From assembly GCA_043755075.1 (NCBI GenBank), contig JAYUTP010000058.1, forward strand, positions 1 through 46,984: a stretch of DNA of 46,984 nt, given 5' to 3'. The position numbers and the translations under genes were made by a program. Below the pieces are notes generated by a model. That model saw only the letters and a list, made by a program, of their open reading frames with translations, was not told the origin of the DNA and made no database searches. This DNA comes from Candidatus Tenderia sp. GTDB lineage: Bacteria > Pseudomonadota > Gammaproteobacteria > Tenderiales > Tenderiaceae. Shown in pieces: positions 32,339 through 43,482 of this stretch (positions are counted from its first letter, which is position 1; every line of letters starts with the position of its first letter).

Positions 32339-33734
32339 ATGCAGCAGGGCGAAAAGACATTTGTACCCGCCGATGAACCCAAAAAGGCGATACCGAATGA
32401 GGAGAGTGTCCGCATCCGTTTTTGCGTCTTTTCCGACGGCACCTTAAACAACCGCACCAACATCAACCAGCGCTTGGCGGCGGCGCCGATGGAAGATCTG
32501 ACCGACGAGGAGCTAAAGTCCTCCCTGAAGGTCAAGGGCGAAATGTCAGCCGACGACATCCAGCAGGCCATCGAGGTCTACAACAAACACAAGCCCGACA
32601 CCCCGGACGAAGAGAGCAGCTACGAAGGCTACTACACCAACGTCGAGAAGATGGAGCGTTACGTCGATCGCGCCACCCCGCCGCCGGACCACACCATGAT
32701 GCTGGGTCGAAGGCTCCGGCACCCTCAACAAGGCGGGTGACGAAACCGCCGGTTTCGCCTTTGCCAAGGGCAAGTCAGGCATGGAAGCGAAGGTCGAGAA
32801 GGCGCTGCAGGATGTCGTGAAAAAAATCAAAAAGGCGCATCCGGACAAAAGCATCGTGATTGAAAAACTGACGCTCGACGTCTTCGGTTTCAGCCGCGGC
32901 GCGGCCGGGGCGCGCAACTTCATTCACAAGGCCCTGTTTGGCGAAGGCGATTGCCTCTCCATTCTCTCCCGGCTGGTGGATGAACTGGGATATACGGTCG
33001 GCCAGGTCGAAGTCTGCTTCGTCGGACTCTACGACACCGTGTCGAGCTTCGGCTATCTGCTGCCGCTCAACTCCAACAATACCCGTGCCCTGCATCTGGA
33101 CGCCGTCGCCAATGCCAAGGCCGTCGTCCATCTGGCCGCCGCCGACGTGCACCGTAAATATTTCGCCCTCACCGACATCGGCAGCGCCGCTGGCAAGGGG
33201 CGGCAGTACTTCCTGCCAGGGATCCACTCCGACATCGGCGGCGGTTATCGCGACAACGGCACGGAAACGCAGACGATCTATCGCGGCTTTGAGTTTAACG
33301 CCCAAGCGGAGCGCGCCCGGCTCATCGACGCCGGCTGGTATACAGAAAAGGAGATCACCCTGAACAGCAGCGGCGATGAGCTGCTCTCGGTGGCGACGCT
33401 CACGGTAAAACGGCCGAACATCGGCAATGGCTACAGCCAGATCCCGCTGCACCTGATGGCGGGGTATGCGCGGGAGAGTAAAATAAACATCATTAGTGAA
33501 TTAGAGAGTGACGAACCCGTTCCCGCTAAACTCCGCCAGGTTCATACAAAACTGCAAGAATATATCAACGCCCAAGGCCCCTATAGCTCCAAGGCGGAGG
33601 ACTGGCACTGCAACGACCTGGGCTGGCTGCGCCAATTGCGTCACGACTATTTTCACTTCTCCGCCCGCCTCAAAATGGGCCACACCCCGTGTTTTAAACG
33701 CGGCCAACGCAGCCGGCAGACCCATGAAGGCTAA
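32339..33734 (+). pseudogene. DUF2235 / Tle1-type alpha/beta-hydrolase lipase, split by a 1-nt frameshift near 32700-32705
   Basis: ORF 32339..32740 carries IRFCVFSDGTLNN and YYTNVEKM. The rest, in the +1 frame, carries VEGSGT (from 32706), the nucleophile elbow FGFSRGAAGARNF, GLYDTVSSFG and PGIHSDIGGGY. There is a good RBS (AAGGAG) before 32339. Confidence 0.75.
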
Positions 33735-34495
33735 CCTCATGCGCTGGGCCGCCTGGCCTTTTATCCTCTTTTCACTCACCGCCTGTGGAGCGACACAACC
33801 CATGACTAAACTCAAATTCGACTGGCAAGCCACCGACAACGCGCCGCGTGATTACCCAATGGAGATTTTAGGCGGCAGCCTGATCTATCCCGAGAGCGGC
33901 TCGCTTTACGTGCCCGACAAAATAAGAATCGCCTACGGTTGGGGCAAGCCAGGGCGCTCCCACGTTGTTGGGCCGGACCTGAAGCCACTGCCCAACACCT
34001 TGGCGATCAGTTTTTTCTCCTATACCGAAAACCAGTTTTATGGCGGCCGCTTCGCGCTGCCTTATGACAGGATCGTGCAGCTCTTCAACGCCGGCTATGA
34101 TAGTCCCAGAAAAGGCCATATTACCTATGACCAGATCATTGTCGGCGTCGCCCCTGGCGGCGCGGTAGCGGTGTGACTGTCAGGCGTGAACAAAACCACC
34201 GAGGTCTTTTTTGGCCATGCCGAAAAAAAGGAGGGCAGTTGGAGTTCGATTAATAATAATCCGGAAATAACGCGGGAAGAGTATGTTCGATTGGGAGTTG
34301 AAGAAACTCTCACCCCCGAAGCCCTAGACTCCCTACACAAAAACGGCGTCCCCCTCGGCCTGTGGGACAGCTACCGCCCCCGTCACCACGGAAGAAGGGA
34401 CTCGACTCAAGTTCAGCGTCTGGCTGCGCAACGAAAAAGAGGCGCTTCAACTCAAACAGACCAATATTGAGACCTATGGGGTAAAGGATCTATAA
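33724..34495 (+). pseudogene. Lipoprotein (DUF2931-like, candidate lipase immunity protein) with an in-frame TGA and a probable frameshift
   Basis: The ATG at 33724 overlaps the lipase end by 11 nt. Lipobox SLTAC. The frame reads ...VGVAPGGAVAV-TGA(34174-34176)-LSGVNKTTEVFFGHA... and stays open to 34470. A plausible C-terminus (VTTEEGTRLKFSVWLRNEKEALQLKQTNIETYGVKDL*) lies in the next frame after the C5 run at 34377-34381. Confidence 0.6.
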
Positions 34496-34565
34496 AGAGT
34501 GAGCAGCCTCAATTTTTTTGTGTTTGGCAGAGTGGCTGGCGCAGTTTGGGTTGCAAATGATTTCT

Positions 34566-34626
34566 GTGGGAGCGGCAGAGCCTGCCTCGCGAAGTGTTTT
34601 GGGCAAGCGCTTTGGGCATTCTTGCC
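34566..34626. repeat. Right inverted repeat bounding the ftsK/trxB cassette
   Basis: GTGGGAGCGGCAGAGCCTGCCTCGCGAAGTGTTTTGGGCA[AGCGCTTTGGGCA]TTCTTGCC. It contains the small hairpin GGCAG-AGC-CTGCC. Confidence 0.9.
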
Positions 34627-34793
34627 GCCATAAATCGGGCACCAGCGTATCGTGGCAAGACTGCCCCTTTACCCGTCCCCGAACATCACCTATGATGGTT
34701 CGAATTGATTATTGAGGATGGATGAAAAACACATCATGTTGTTGTTCATCTAGGCCAACAACACTGGATGTACTGTATCACACCCTATATTAA

Positions 34794-35771
<978 letters not shown>

Positions 35772-35823
35772 GGCACTATGCCAATAAAGTCCTTTTATCC
35801 CAAGATCGACCATTCCAAGTGAA

Positions 35824-36135
35824 GTGATTGAGCAGATGATTATAGGTAAAAACGATAAGCGGGATTTTATTCGCATGAATGTGGAGTCAGAGGTGAGTTT
35901 CTCGCGCCCTGACTCCAGCGAAACACACTACGGCAAAGGTATAGATTTGAGTGCAACTGGCATGCGTTTCCTTACGAAAACTGCCGTGAGCATCGGCGAA
36001 ACGCTAGATATCTGTGTCAAACCTGGTGTTTCCATCACGCCACCGTTGGAGATCACCATGACGATTGTGCGCATAACAGAAACCGAAGATGGCCAGTATG
36101 ATGTGGCTGGGCTCACCAAAACTAACAGGGACTAA
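35824..36135 (+). CDS. Single-domain PilZ protein
   Basis: 103 aa with KRDFIRMNV (RxxxR) and IDLSATGMRF (DxSxxG). The start could be GTG 35824 or ATG 35836. Confidence 0.7.
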   Translation: MIEQMIIGKNDKRDFIRMNVESEVSFSRPDSSETHYGKGIDLSATGMRFLTKTAVSIGETLDICVKPGVSITPPLEITMTIVRITETEDGQYDVAGLTKTNRD

Positions 36136-36213
36136 CCCTCGGCCTTACAATATTGCTAGGCAGGGATGCCCGGCATACCTACGTAAAACAGGGATTCAAT
36201 CCTCACACTTATA

Positions 36214-36951
36214 ATGCGCGGCCCATTCTGGATAGACCATCGCGATACCAGTTATATTTTCCCTCCCGTGGAGCTGGCTCTGAATGAGCCCAACGGCCTG
36301 CTGGCGGCGGGCGGCGACCTGACGCCACGCCGCATCATCAGCGCCTACCGTCAAGGAATATTCCCTTGGTATAGCGCCGACCAACCAATCCTCTGGTGGT
36401 CGCCCAACCCGCGTACGATTTTACTTCCGACAAAACTCAAGGTGAGCCGCAGCCTGCGCAAGAGCATCAACAAAGCCCCCTTCCTCATCACCATAGACCA
36501 CTGTTTTGAAGAGGTATTGCGTCAGTGCGCCGCTCCCCGCACCTATGCTGACGGCACCTGGATCACAACCGAGATGCAGGAGGCCTATCTCAAACTACAT
36601 CAAGAAGGGGCCGCTCATTCCTTTGAGGCATGGCAAGGAGACACACTGGTGGGCGGACTCTATGGTCTTGCCCTAGGCCGAATTTTCTTTGGTGAGTCGA
36701 TGTTCAGTCATGTCAGCAATGCCTCCAAAGTCACCTTTGTTCATGCCGCTAGGCAGCTAGAGATATGGGGCTACGCCCTAATTGACTGCCAAGTCGCGAC
36801 TGAACACTTAACATCATTTGGCGCGATTGAAGTTCCGCGTCACGATTACATTGAGCATATGTTGCAACTGGTTGATCAGCGCGGCCACCCTGCCCCATGG
36901 CAGTTTGATGAGGGGTTCGATCCACTCAAGAGCGTCGACGTTGATGAATAA
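36214..36951 (+). CDS. aat: Leucyl/phenylalanyl-tRNA--protein transferase
   Basis: 245 aa. EPNGLLAAGGDL...YRQGIFPWY...PILWWSPNPR...GESMFS is collinear with E. coli Aat. Confidence 0.95.
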   Translation: MRGPFWIDHRDTSYIFPPVELALNEPNGLLAAGGDLTPRRIISAYRQGIFPWYSADQPILWWSPNPRTILLPTKLKVSRSLRKSINKAPFLITIDHCFEEVLRQCAAPRTYADGTWITTEMQEAYLKLHQEGAAHSFEAWQGDTLVGGLYGLALGRIFFGESMFSHVSNASKVTFVHAARQLEIWGYALIDCQVATEHLTSFGAIEVPRHDYIEHMLQLVDQRGHPAPWQFDEGFDPLKSVDVDE

Positions 36952-37654
36952 TCAGTCCGAACAACCTATTCGCTGCTTTATCACCCTGCCATTTGCCTGT
37001 AACTACCTACCCGAACGTGAAGCACGGAATCTAGTTATTGCCCCATCCCTACCACTCACTTCAGAGCTGCTGGGAGAGCTACTCAACAACGGTTTTCGTC
37101 GTAGCGGCCAGAGCATCTACCGCCCCAACTGTGAAGATTGCCAAGCCTGTATCTCACTGCGACTGGCAAGTCACCAGTTTCGGCCCGACCGGAGTCAGCG
37201 CCGCAACTGGCAACGCAACAGTGATATCGAACACCGCGCCACAGTCGGATTCAGTGATGAACAGTTTGAACTCTACCAGCGTTACATCAGCGCCCGTCAT
37301 AACAATAGCAGCATGGCCAATCCAACACGGGAAGAGTATCTGAGCTTTCTCACCGCCAATGGCATCGACACCCGTTTTCACGAATTTCGACTGAATGGCA
37401 AACTCATCGCTGTTGCTGTGACCGACCACACCCCACTGGGCCTCTCCGCCGTTTACACCTTCTATGATCCCGACCTTGAGCACAGAGGGCTAGGTATCTA
37501 TGCCATCCTCTGGCAGCTCCATCATGCTCAACGACTAAAACTACCGTGGATCTATCTCGGTTACTGGATCAGCGCGTGTGACAAAATGCGTTATAAAAAT
37601 TGTTTCAAGCCATGTCAAGGATACATCGACCATCGCTGGCAAGCGTTGTGCTGA
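36944..37654 (+). CDS. bpt: Arginyl/leucyl-tRNA--protein transferase (Bpt/Ate family)
   Basis: ATG 36944 overlaps the aat stop. 236 aa with an N-terminal Cys cluster (C..C.AC) and a C-terminal ATE domain (YLGYWI..C.KM.YK). The trxB-aat-bpt order matches Pseudomonas. Confidence 0.9.
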   Translation: MNNQSEQPIRCFITLPFACNYLPEREARNLVIAPSLPLTSELLGELLNNGFRRSGQSIYRPNCEDCQACISLRLASHQFRPDRSQRRNWQRNSDIEHRATVGFSDEQFELYQRYISARHNNSSMANPTREEYLSFLTANGIDTRFHEFRLNGKLIAVAVTDHTPLGLSAVYTFYDPDLEHRGLGIYAILWQLHHAQRLKLPWIYLGYWISACDKMRYKNCFKPCQGYIDHRWQALC

Positions 37655-37848
37655 GCAAACAACTCTGCAAACTCATCGCGTCGGCCATTTACGCAAACAC
37701 CGAACACAGTTAGCGTCTGGGCGATCACTTCAACAGAGATATTGAACAACATGGATTAGATTGAAACTTGCCATGATGGCAGTAAACAGGGGTTATTAGA
37801 AAGCTAAATGGTCCGCAGAAAAAGCGAGGGAAATAATATTCGTTCGAC

Positions 37849-37925
37849 TGGTCGGAGCGGGGAGATTCGAACTCCCGACCCCCACAACCCCATTGTGGTG
37901 CGCTACCTGGCTGCGCTACGCTCCG
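37849..37925 (-). tRNA. tRNA-Pro (anticodon GGG)
   Basis: 77 nt folding as a cloverleaf. Acceptor CGGAGCG/CGCTCCG, D stem GCGC/GCGC, anticodon stem CCACA/TGTGG with loop AUGGGGU, T arm GGGAG-TTCGAAT-CTCCC, and an encoded CCA. Confidence 0.93.
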
Positions 37926-38025
37926 AAATTTTTTATGTCATTAAAGCAGATAAATAAGTGGGGAAACTTTATTCATTTAGGGCGAGCATGATACTGAATT
38001 GCATCGTATTACGCTAGCGGGAATG

Positions 38026-38382
38026 TTATTTTTTTAGTGTCGCCAAAAGCTCTTCTAGCTCATGACGCAGCTGCTGGATTAACTCATTACTCACCGTGAC
38101 ATCGTTTTTTGTCTCATTGCCAGATAGCTGCTGCCGAGCACCGCCAATGGTAAAACCTTGCTCATATAGCAAGCCACGAATCTGGCGAACCATAATAACG
38201 TCATGACGCTGATAATAACGCCTATTGCCCCGGCGTTTCAGCGGCTTAAGCTGTGGAAACTCCTGCTCCCAATAACGAAGCACATGGGGCTTGACGCCAC
38301 AGAGATCACTCACCTCACCGATAGTGAAGTAGCGTTTTGCAGGGATCTGAGGTAGCTCACTATTGTTCGCGGCTTCCAGCAT
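38026..38382 (-). CDS. MerR-family transcriptional regulator
   Basis: 118 aa with the [25 protein letters not shown]. It overlaps the ihfA 3' end by 23 nt. A MerR-family gene follows ihfA in Pseudomonas too (recalled). Confidence 0.85.
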   Translation of the reverse strand: MLEAANNSELPQIPAKRYFTIGEVSDLCGVKPHVLRYWEQEFPQLKPLKRRGNRRYYQRHDVIMVRQIRGLLYEQGFTIGGARQQLSGNETKNDVTVSNELIQQLRHELEELLATLKK

Positions 38383-38662
38383 ATACCTCCACCCTTGCCT
38401 TCAATTTCTGACCGGGGTGAAAGGTCACGACTCGACGCGCAGTAATGGGTATCTCTTCACCCGTCTTGGGATTTCGGCCTGGTCTTTCGTTTTTATCACG
38501 TAAATTGAAGTTGCCAAACCCTGACAGCTTTACTTGGCGGCCATTTTCAAGAGCGGTGCGAATCTCTTCGAAAAACATCTCGACGAGTTCCTTGGCTTCG
38601 CGTTTGTTTAAACCAAGTTCCTCAAATAGCTTTTCAGCCATCTCTGCTTTTGTTAACGCCAT
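38360..38662 (-). CDS. ihfA: Integration host factor subunit alpha
   Basis: 100 aa. [28 protein letters not shown]...[19 protein letters not shown]. Confidence 0.97.
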   Translation of the reverse strand: MALTKAEMAEKLFEELGLNKREAKELVEMFFEEIRTALENGRQVKLSGFGNFNLRDKNERPGRNPKTGEEIPITARRVVTFHPGQKLKARVEVYAGSREQ

Positions 38663-38665
38663 GTG

Positions 38666-41041
38666 TCACTCTCTCAGCGTTGCATTAAAGTCTTGTTTAA
38701 GTTGCTTTACTATATTTTGCATTAAATTATCCACTTCACTGTCTGTAAGAGTGCGGGAACTATCTTGAAAGGTCAAGCCTAAAGCTATACTTTTTCTACC
38801 AGATTCAACACCTTCGCCAGCATACACATCAAACAGTTGTAGATTCGAGAGATGCTGTTTAGAAACTGCGACAATACTCTCTTCAATCTTTCGGGCTGGC
38901 AGTTTTTTGTCAACCACGATGGCCAAATCCCTTCTGACAGAAGGATATTTGGAGACTTCAACAAACTGTGGCTTGCTCGCTACATCTAAGACATGGGCAT
39001 TTATCTCAAATAGATAAATGGGTCCATTAAGCCCCAGCTCTTTTTCCAGGGAGGGGTGTAATTTACCCACCCACCCTATCGGCTCTCCAATATGACTCTT
39101 GATAGCAGCAGACTGCCCCGGGTGAAGCGCCGCATGCTCTTCCGCAACGAAACCATAATGGGGGTTTTTGGTCAATCCCAGTAAGGCTTGAACGTCGGCC
39201 TTCATGTCGTAAAAGTCGACCTTGCGTCCAGGCACAGCCCACTGCTCAGTCAAGCAATCGCCCGCAATTAATCCGGCAATAATTTTTTCTTCAACAATCC
39301 CTGTCTGTTGCCGTGAAAATTTGACGCCAAACTCGAACAGCCTTACTCGGGCCTGCTGACGTTTCTGGTTATATGATAGTGCCTGTAGCAACCCCGGCCA
39401 GAGACTGGTTCGCATCACCGACATATCAGCGGAAATAGGATTGGCCAATGTGATTGCACTGATGTCAGGGTCAATTAGTTTTTGTAGCCGCTCATCTATA
39501 AAGCTGTAAGTAATCGCCTCCTGGTAACCACGATCCACGAATAGCGTACGTGCGCGCACCTGACTCACTTTTAGTTCAGAGGGTAACTTAACCTCCATGC
39601 GGATTTTTGGCATCTCGGTAGGTAGGTGGTCATAACCATAGACACGCCCAAGCTCCTCAATCAAGTCGGCTTCAATGGCTATGTCGAACCTGAAACTTGG
39701 CGGGGTAACAATCAATTGCTGGCCCTGCTGCTGAACAGTCATTCCCAGGCTTTCCAATATCTCCGTAATATGGGTTTGCGACAATTCCAATCCGAGAACA
39801 CGCTTGACACGCTCCGCACGCAACGAGATGGGCTGGCGCACAGGCAGATACTCGCTCGCATTAGCTTCAATTAACTGCCCCGCTTCGCCACCTACTATCT
39901 CGATCAGCAATGCAGTGGCTCGCATCATTGCCTTTGCAGTGAGTTCATAATCGACACCACGCTCAAAGCGATGAGAGGAGTCGGTGTGTAATCCATACTG
40001 GCGAGCACGCCCCATTATCGCAGTCGGCGTGAAAAAGGCACTTTCAAGAAAAATATCAGCGGTCTCATCACACACGGCTGATTCATCCCCACCCATAATG
40101 CCCGCCATGGCAATAGGCTTGCGATGATCGGCAATCACCAACGTATCGGAAGTCAGCTCAATGGTCTGACCATCAAGCAGCTTCAATGATTCACCACTCT
40201 CGGCGTAGCGCACTTTGATGCCACCCTCAAGCGTGCACAAATCAAACGCATGCAGGGGTTGTCCCAGTTCAAGCATCACATAGTTTGTAATATCGACAAT
40301 AGGACTGATGCTACGAACATCACAACGACGTAGGCGCTCCTTCATCCAGTTTGGTGTTTCAGCGCGGGCATTAACCCCTTTAATGATGCGGCCAACATAA
40401 CGTGGGCAAGCCTCAGGGGTCGATAAAACAACCGGGAACTGGTCTTGCCGTTTGACCGGGACGCTGGCGATCTCTGGTACATTAACGGTGGACTGGGCGA
40501 TCACTCCAACCTCGCGGGCAATGCCTTGGATGCTGAGGCAATCACCACGATTAGGCGTTAGGCCAATCTCAATGGTGACGTCATCCAATTGCAGATAGTC
40601 ACGAACACTGACGCCGGGCTTGGCATCCGTAGGCAACACCATTAAACCATCAGCACTCTCAGTCAAGCCAATCTCCACCGCAGAGCACAACATTCCAAAT
40701 GACTCAACACCACGCAATTTTGATTTTTTGATAACAAGCCCATTAGGTAGAATAGCGCCAATCAAAGCGGTAGGCACCTTCTGTCCTTGGGCAACATTCG
40801 CAGCGCCACAAACAATGGTTAGCTGTTCGGCACCGATATTCACCTGGCAGACGCGCAAACGATCTGCATCGGGATGAGGCGCGACCGACACAACCTCACC
40901 AATGACCACGCTGGAGAACTGTGCTGCCACTGGCTCAATGGCATCAACCTCAAGACCACACATAGTCAGTTGGTGTGACAGCTGCTCCGTGTTAAGTGCC
41001 GAGCTAACCCATTCACGCAACCATTGTTCGCTAAATTTCAT
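38666..41041 (-). CDS. pheT: Phenylalanyl-tRNA synthetase beta subunit
   Basis: 791 aa starting MKFSEQWLREWV, with tRNA-binding, B3/4, B5 and FDX-ACB domains. Confidence 0.97.
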   Translation of the reverse strand: MKFSEQWLREWVSSALNTEQLSHQLTMCGLEVDAIEPVAAQFSSVVIGEVVSVAPHPDADRLRVCQVNIGAEQLTIVCGAANVAQGQKVPTALIGAILPNGLVIKKSKLRGVESFGMLCSAVEIGLTESADGLMVLPTDAKPGVSVRDYLQLDDVTIEIGLTPNRGDCLSIQGIAREVGVIAQSTVNVPEIASVPVKRQDQFPVVLSTPEACPRYVGRIIKGVNARAETPNWMKERLRRCDVRSISPIVDITNYVMLELGQPLHAFDLCTLEGGIKVRYAESGESLKLLDGQTIELTSDTLVIADHRKPIAMAGIMGGDESAVCDETADIFLESAFFTPTAIMGRARQYGLHTDSSHRFERGVDYELTAKAMMRATALLIEIVGGEAGQLIEANASEYLPVRQPISLRAERVKRVLGLELSQTHITEILESLGMTVQQQGQQLIVTPPSFRFDIAIEADLIEELGRVYGYDHLPTEMPKIRMEVKLPSELKVSQVRARTLFVDRGYQEAITYSFIDERLQKLIDPDISAITLANPISADMSVMRTSLWPGLLQALSYNQKRQQARVRLFEFGVKFSRQQTGIVEEKIIAGLIAGDCLTEQWAVPGRKVDFYDMKADVQALLGLTKNPHYGFVAEEHAALHPGQSAAIKSHIGEPIGWVGKLHPSLEKELGLNGPIYLFEINAHVLDVASKPQFVEVSKYPSVRRDLAIVVDKKLPARKIEESIVAVSKQHLSNLQLFDVYAGEGVESGRKSIALGLTFQDSSRTLTDSEVDNLMQNIVKQLKQDFNATLRE

Positions 41042-41098
41042 CGTCCCAAACCTTTTGTATTAATCACGTCCCAGTCACATGGGCTAGCAATGTAGTTG

Positions 41099-42133
<1,035 letters not shown>

Positions 42134-42137
42134 TTAT

Positions 42138-42236
42138 GGATGCCTCTAAAAACTCACTATATCCGGTCGTACAGATGCCTATCTAGGCATTTATATCCTG
42201 ACCATTACCGGTTCGATTGAGTTTTTAGAGGCATCC
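42138..42236 (-). other. 99-nt element with 19-bp perfect terminal inverted repeats in the pheS leader
   Basis: GGATGCCTCTAAAAACTCA (42138-42156) is exactly complementary to TGAGTTTTTAGAGGCATCC (42218-42236). An inner palindrome ATGCCTA-TC-TAGGCAT lies at 42175-42190. Confidence 0.7.
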
Positions 42237-42249
42237 TAATTTAGCAGCT

Positions 42250-42288
42250 CAAAATACAGAAAGGGGAAGGCATAGCCTTCCCCTTTTT
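42250..42288 (-). terminator. Hairpin terminator/attenuator after rplT
   Basis: Stem AAGGGGAAGGC / GCCTTCCCCTT with a 3-nt loop. A T-rich tract flanks it on both strands. Confidence 0.7.
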
Positions 42289-42334
42289 GTGCACATCCAC
42301 TCTTGCCACCATTCAGGATGGCGGCAAAGAAAGA

Positions 42335-42688
42335 TTAAAGGCTGGCCTTAGCTTTTTCCGCCAATGCAGCAAAGGCTACCTTGTCGTAAACAGCCAGATC
42401 AGCCATTACCTTACGATCAATATCAACCGCAGCCTTCTTCAAGCCATTAATCATTCGGCTATATGAAAGACCACACTCGCGGGCCGCTGCATTGATACGA
42501 GCAATCCATAGCGCGCGGAACTGACGCTTACGCTGACGACGATCACGATAGGCATATTGACCCGCTTTGGTCACTGCCTGAACAGCGACACGGTAGACAT
42601 TCCTACGCATGCCACGGTAACCTTTGGCCAGCTTAATCACCTTCTTGTGACGGGCCCTGGCGGTAACACCACGTTTAACTCTTGGCAT
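42335..42688 (-). CDS. rplT: 50S ribosomal protein L20
   Basis: 117 aa. [17 protein letters not shown]... Confidence 0.98.
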   Translation of the reverse strand: MPRVKRGVTARARHKKVIKLAKGYRGMRRNVYRVAVQAVTKAGQYAYRDRRQRKRQFRALWIARINAAARECGLSYSRMINGLKKAAVDIDRKVMADLAVYDKVAFAALAEKAKASL

Positions 42689-42709
42689 TTTTCTTTACTC
42701 CAAATCCAA

Positions 42710-42907
42710 TTAGCAATAAGGCAACAATCTGCGCACTGATGGTTTATCAGATGCAGATACCATAGAAGGGCCACGCAGCTGACGCTTACGCTTGGTGCTC
42801 TTCTTGGTCAAAATGTGTCTACGAAAGCTTGAGCCACGTTTAAAATGGCCAGAACCCGTCGCCTTAAAGCGTTTTGCAGCGCCTCTATGAGTTTTCATCT
42901 TCGGCAT
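42710..42907 (-). CDS. rpmI: 50S ribosomal protein L35
   Basis: 65 aa. [18 protein letters not shown]. Confidence 0.97.
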   Translation of the reverse strand: MPKMKTHRGAAKRFKATGSGHFKRGSSFRRHILTKKSTKRKRQLRGPSMVSASDKPSVRRLLPYC

Positions 42908-42954
42908 CTTCTATTTCTCCGAACTACTTCGTTAATCAGCAGCAGTAGGTAGGT

Positions 42955-43479
42955 CTAAACAACCTTTTTCTTTGGTGATAACATCATAACCATCTGCCGG
43001 CCTTCCATCTTGGGAAACTGCTCGACTTGGCCGAACTCTACGAGATCAACCTCAAGTCGTTTTAGCAGTTTCATGCCAAGTTCTTGATGGGCCATCTCAC
43101 GTCCGCGAAAACGCAACGTGATTTTGGCCTTGTCTCCTTCAGTGAGGAAGCGTATCAGATTCCTCAATTTAATCTGGTAATCGCCGTCCTCGGTGCCGGG
43201 GCGGAACTTCACCTCCTTCACCTGAATCTGTTTCTGCTTTTTCTTGGCAATTTGGCGCTTCTTGTTCTCTTCGAAGACATATTTGCCGTAATCCATAACA
43301 CGACAAACCGGCGGCGAAGCCGTGGGGGAAACCTCAACTAGGTCATGCTCAGATTCGCTGGCAAACTGCAGCGCCTGATCAATTGCCATGACCCCCATCA
43401 TATTGCCTTCAGCATCAATGACACGTACTTCACGAGAGACTATCTCGTCATTGATCCGGACCTTTTTTTCAGCAGCGAT
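42955..43479 (-). CDS. infC: Translation initiation factor IF-3, predicted non-AUG (ATC) start
   Basis: The frame is open from directly after the thrS stop and reads (I/M)[29 protein letters not shown]..., homologous to the IF3 N-domain upstream of the first ATG (43401). GGAGG lies 8 nt upstream of ATC at 43479-43477. Confidence 0.8.
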   Translation of the reverse strand: MAAEKKVRINDEIVSREVRVIDAEGNMMGVMAIDQALQFASESEHDLVEVSPTASPPVCRVMDYGKYVFEENKKRQIAKKKQKQIQVKEVKFRPGTEDGDYQIKLRNLIRFLTEGDKAKITLRFRGREMAHQELGMKLLKRLEVDLVEFGQVEQFPKMEGRQMVMMLSPKKKVV

Positions 43480-43482
43480 ACT

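Noticed and set aside
34174-34176. In-frame TGA as selenocysteine or Trp recoding.
   Set aside because: Other genes in the window clearly terminate at TGA (cysG, the RND pump, the 10383..10580 ORF). I saw no SECIS-like hairpin immediately downstream, and the neighbouring genes in the cassette are also damaged. A nonsense mutation is the simpler reading.
34526-34556. Possible additional degenerate tandem copy of the repeat (GGCAGAGTGGCTGGCGCAGTTTGGGTTGCAA) just upstream of the right inverted repeat.
   Set aside because: The similarity is limited to GGCAGAG and TTTGGG blocks, which is too weak to call by eye.
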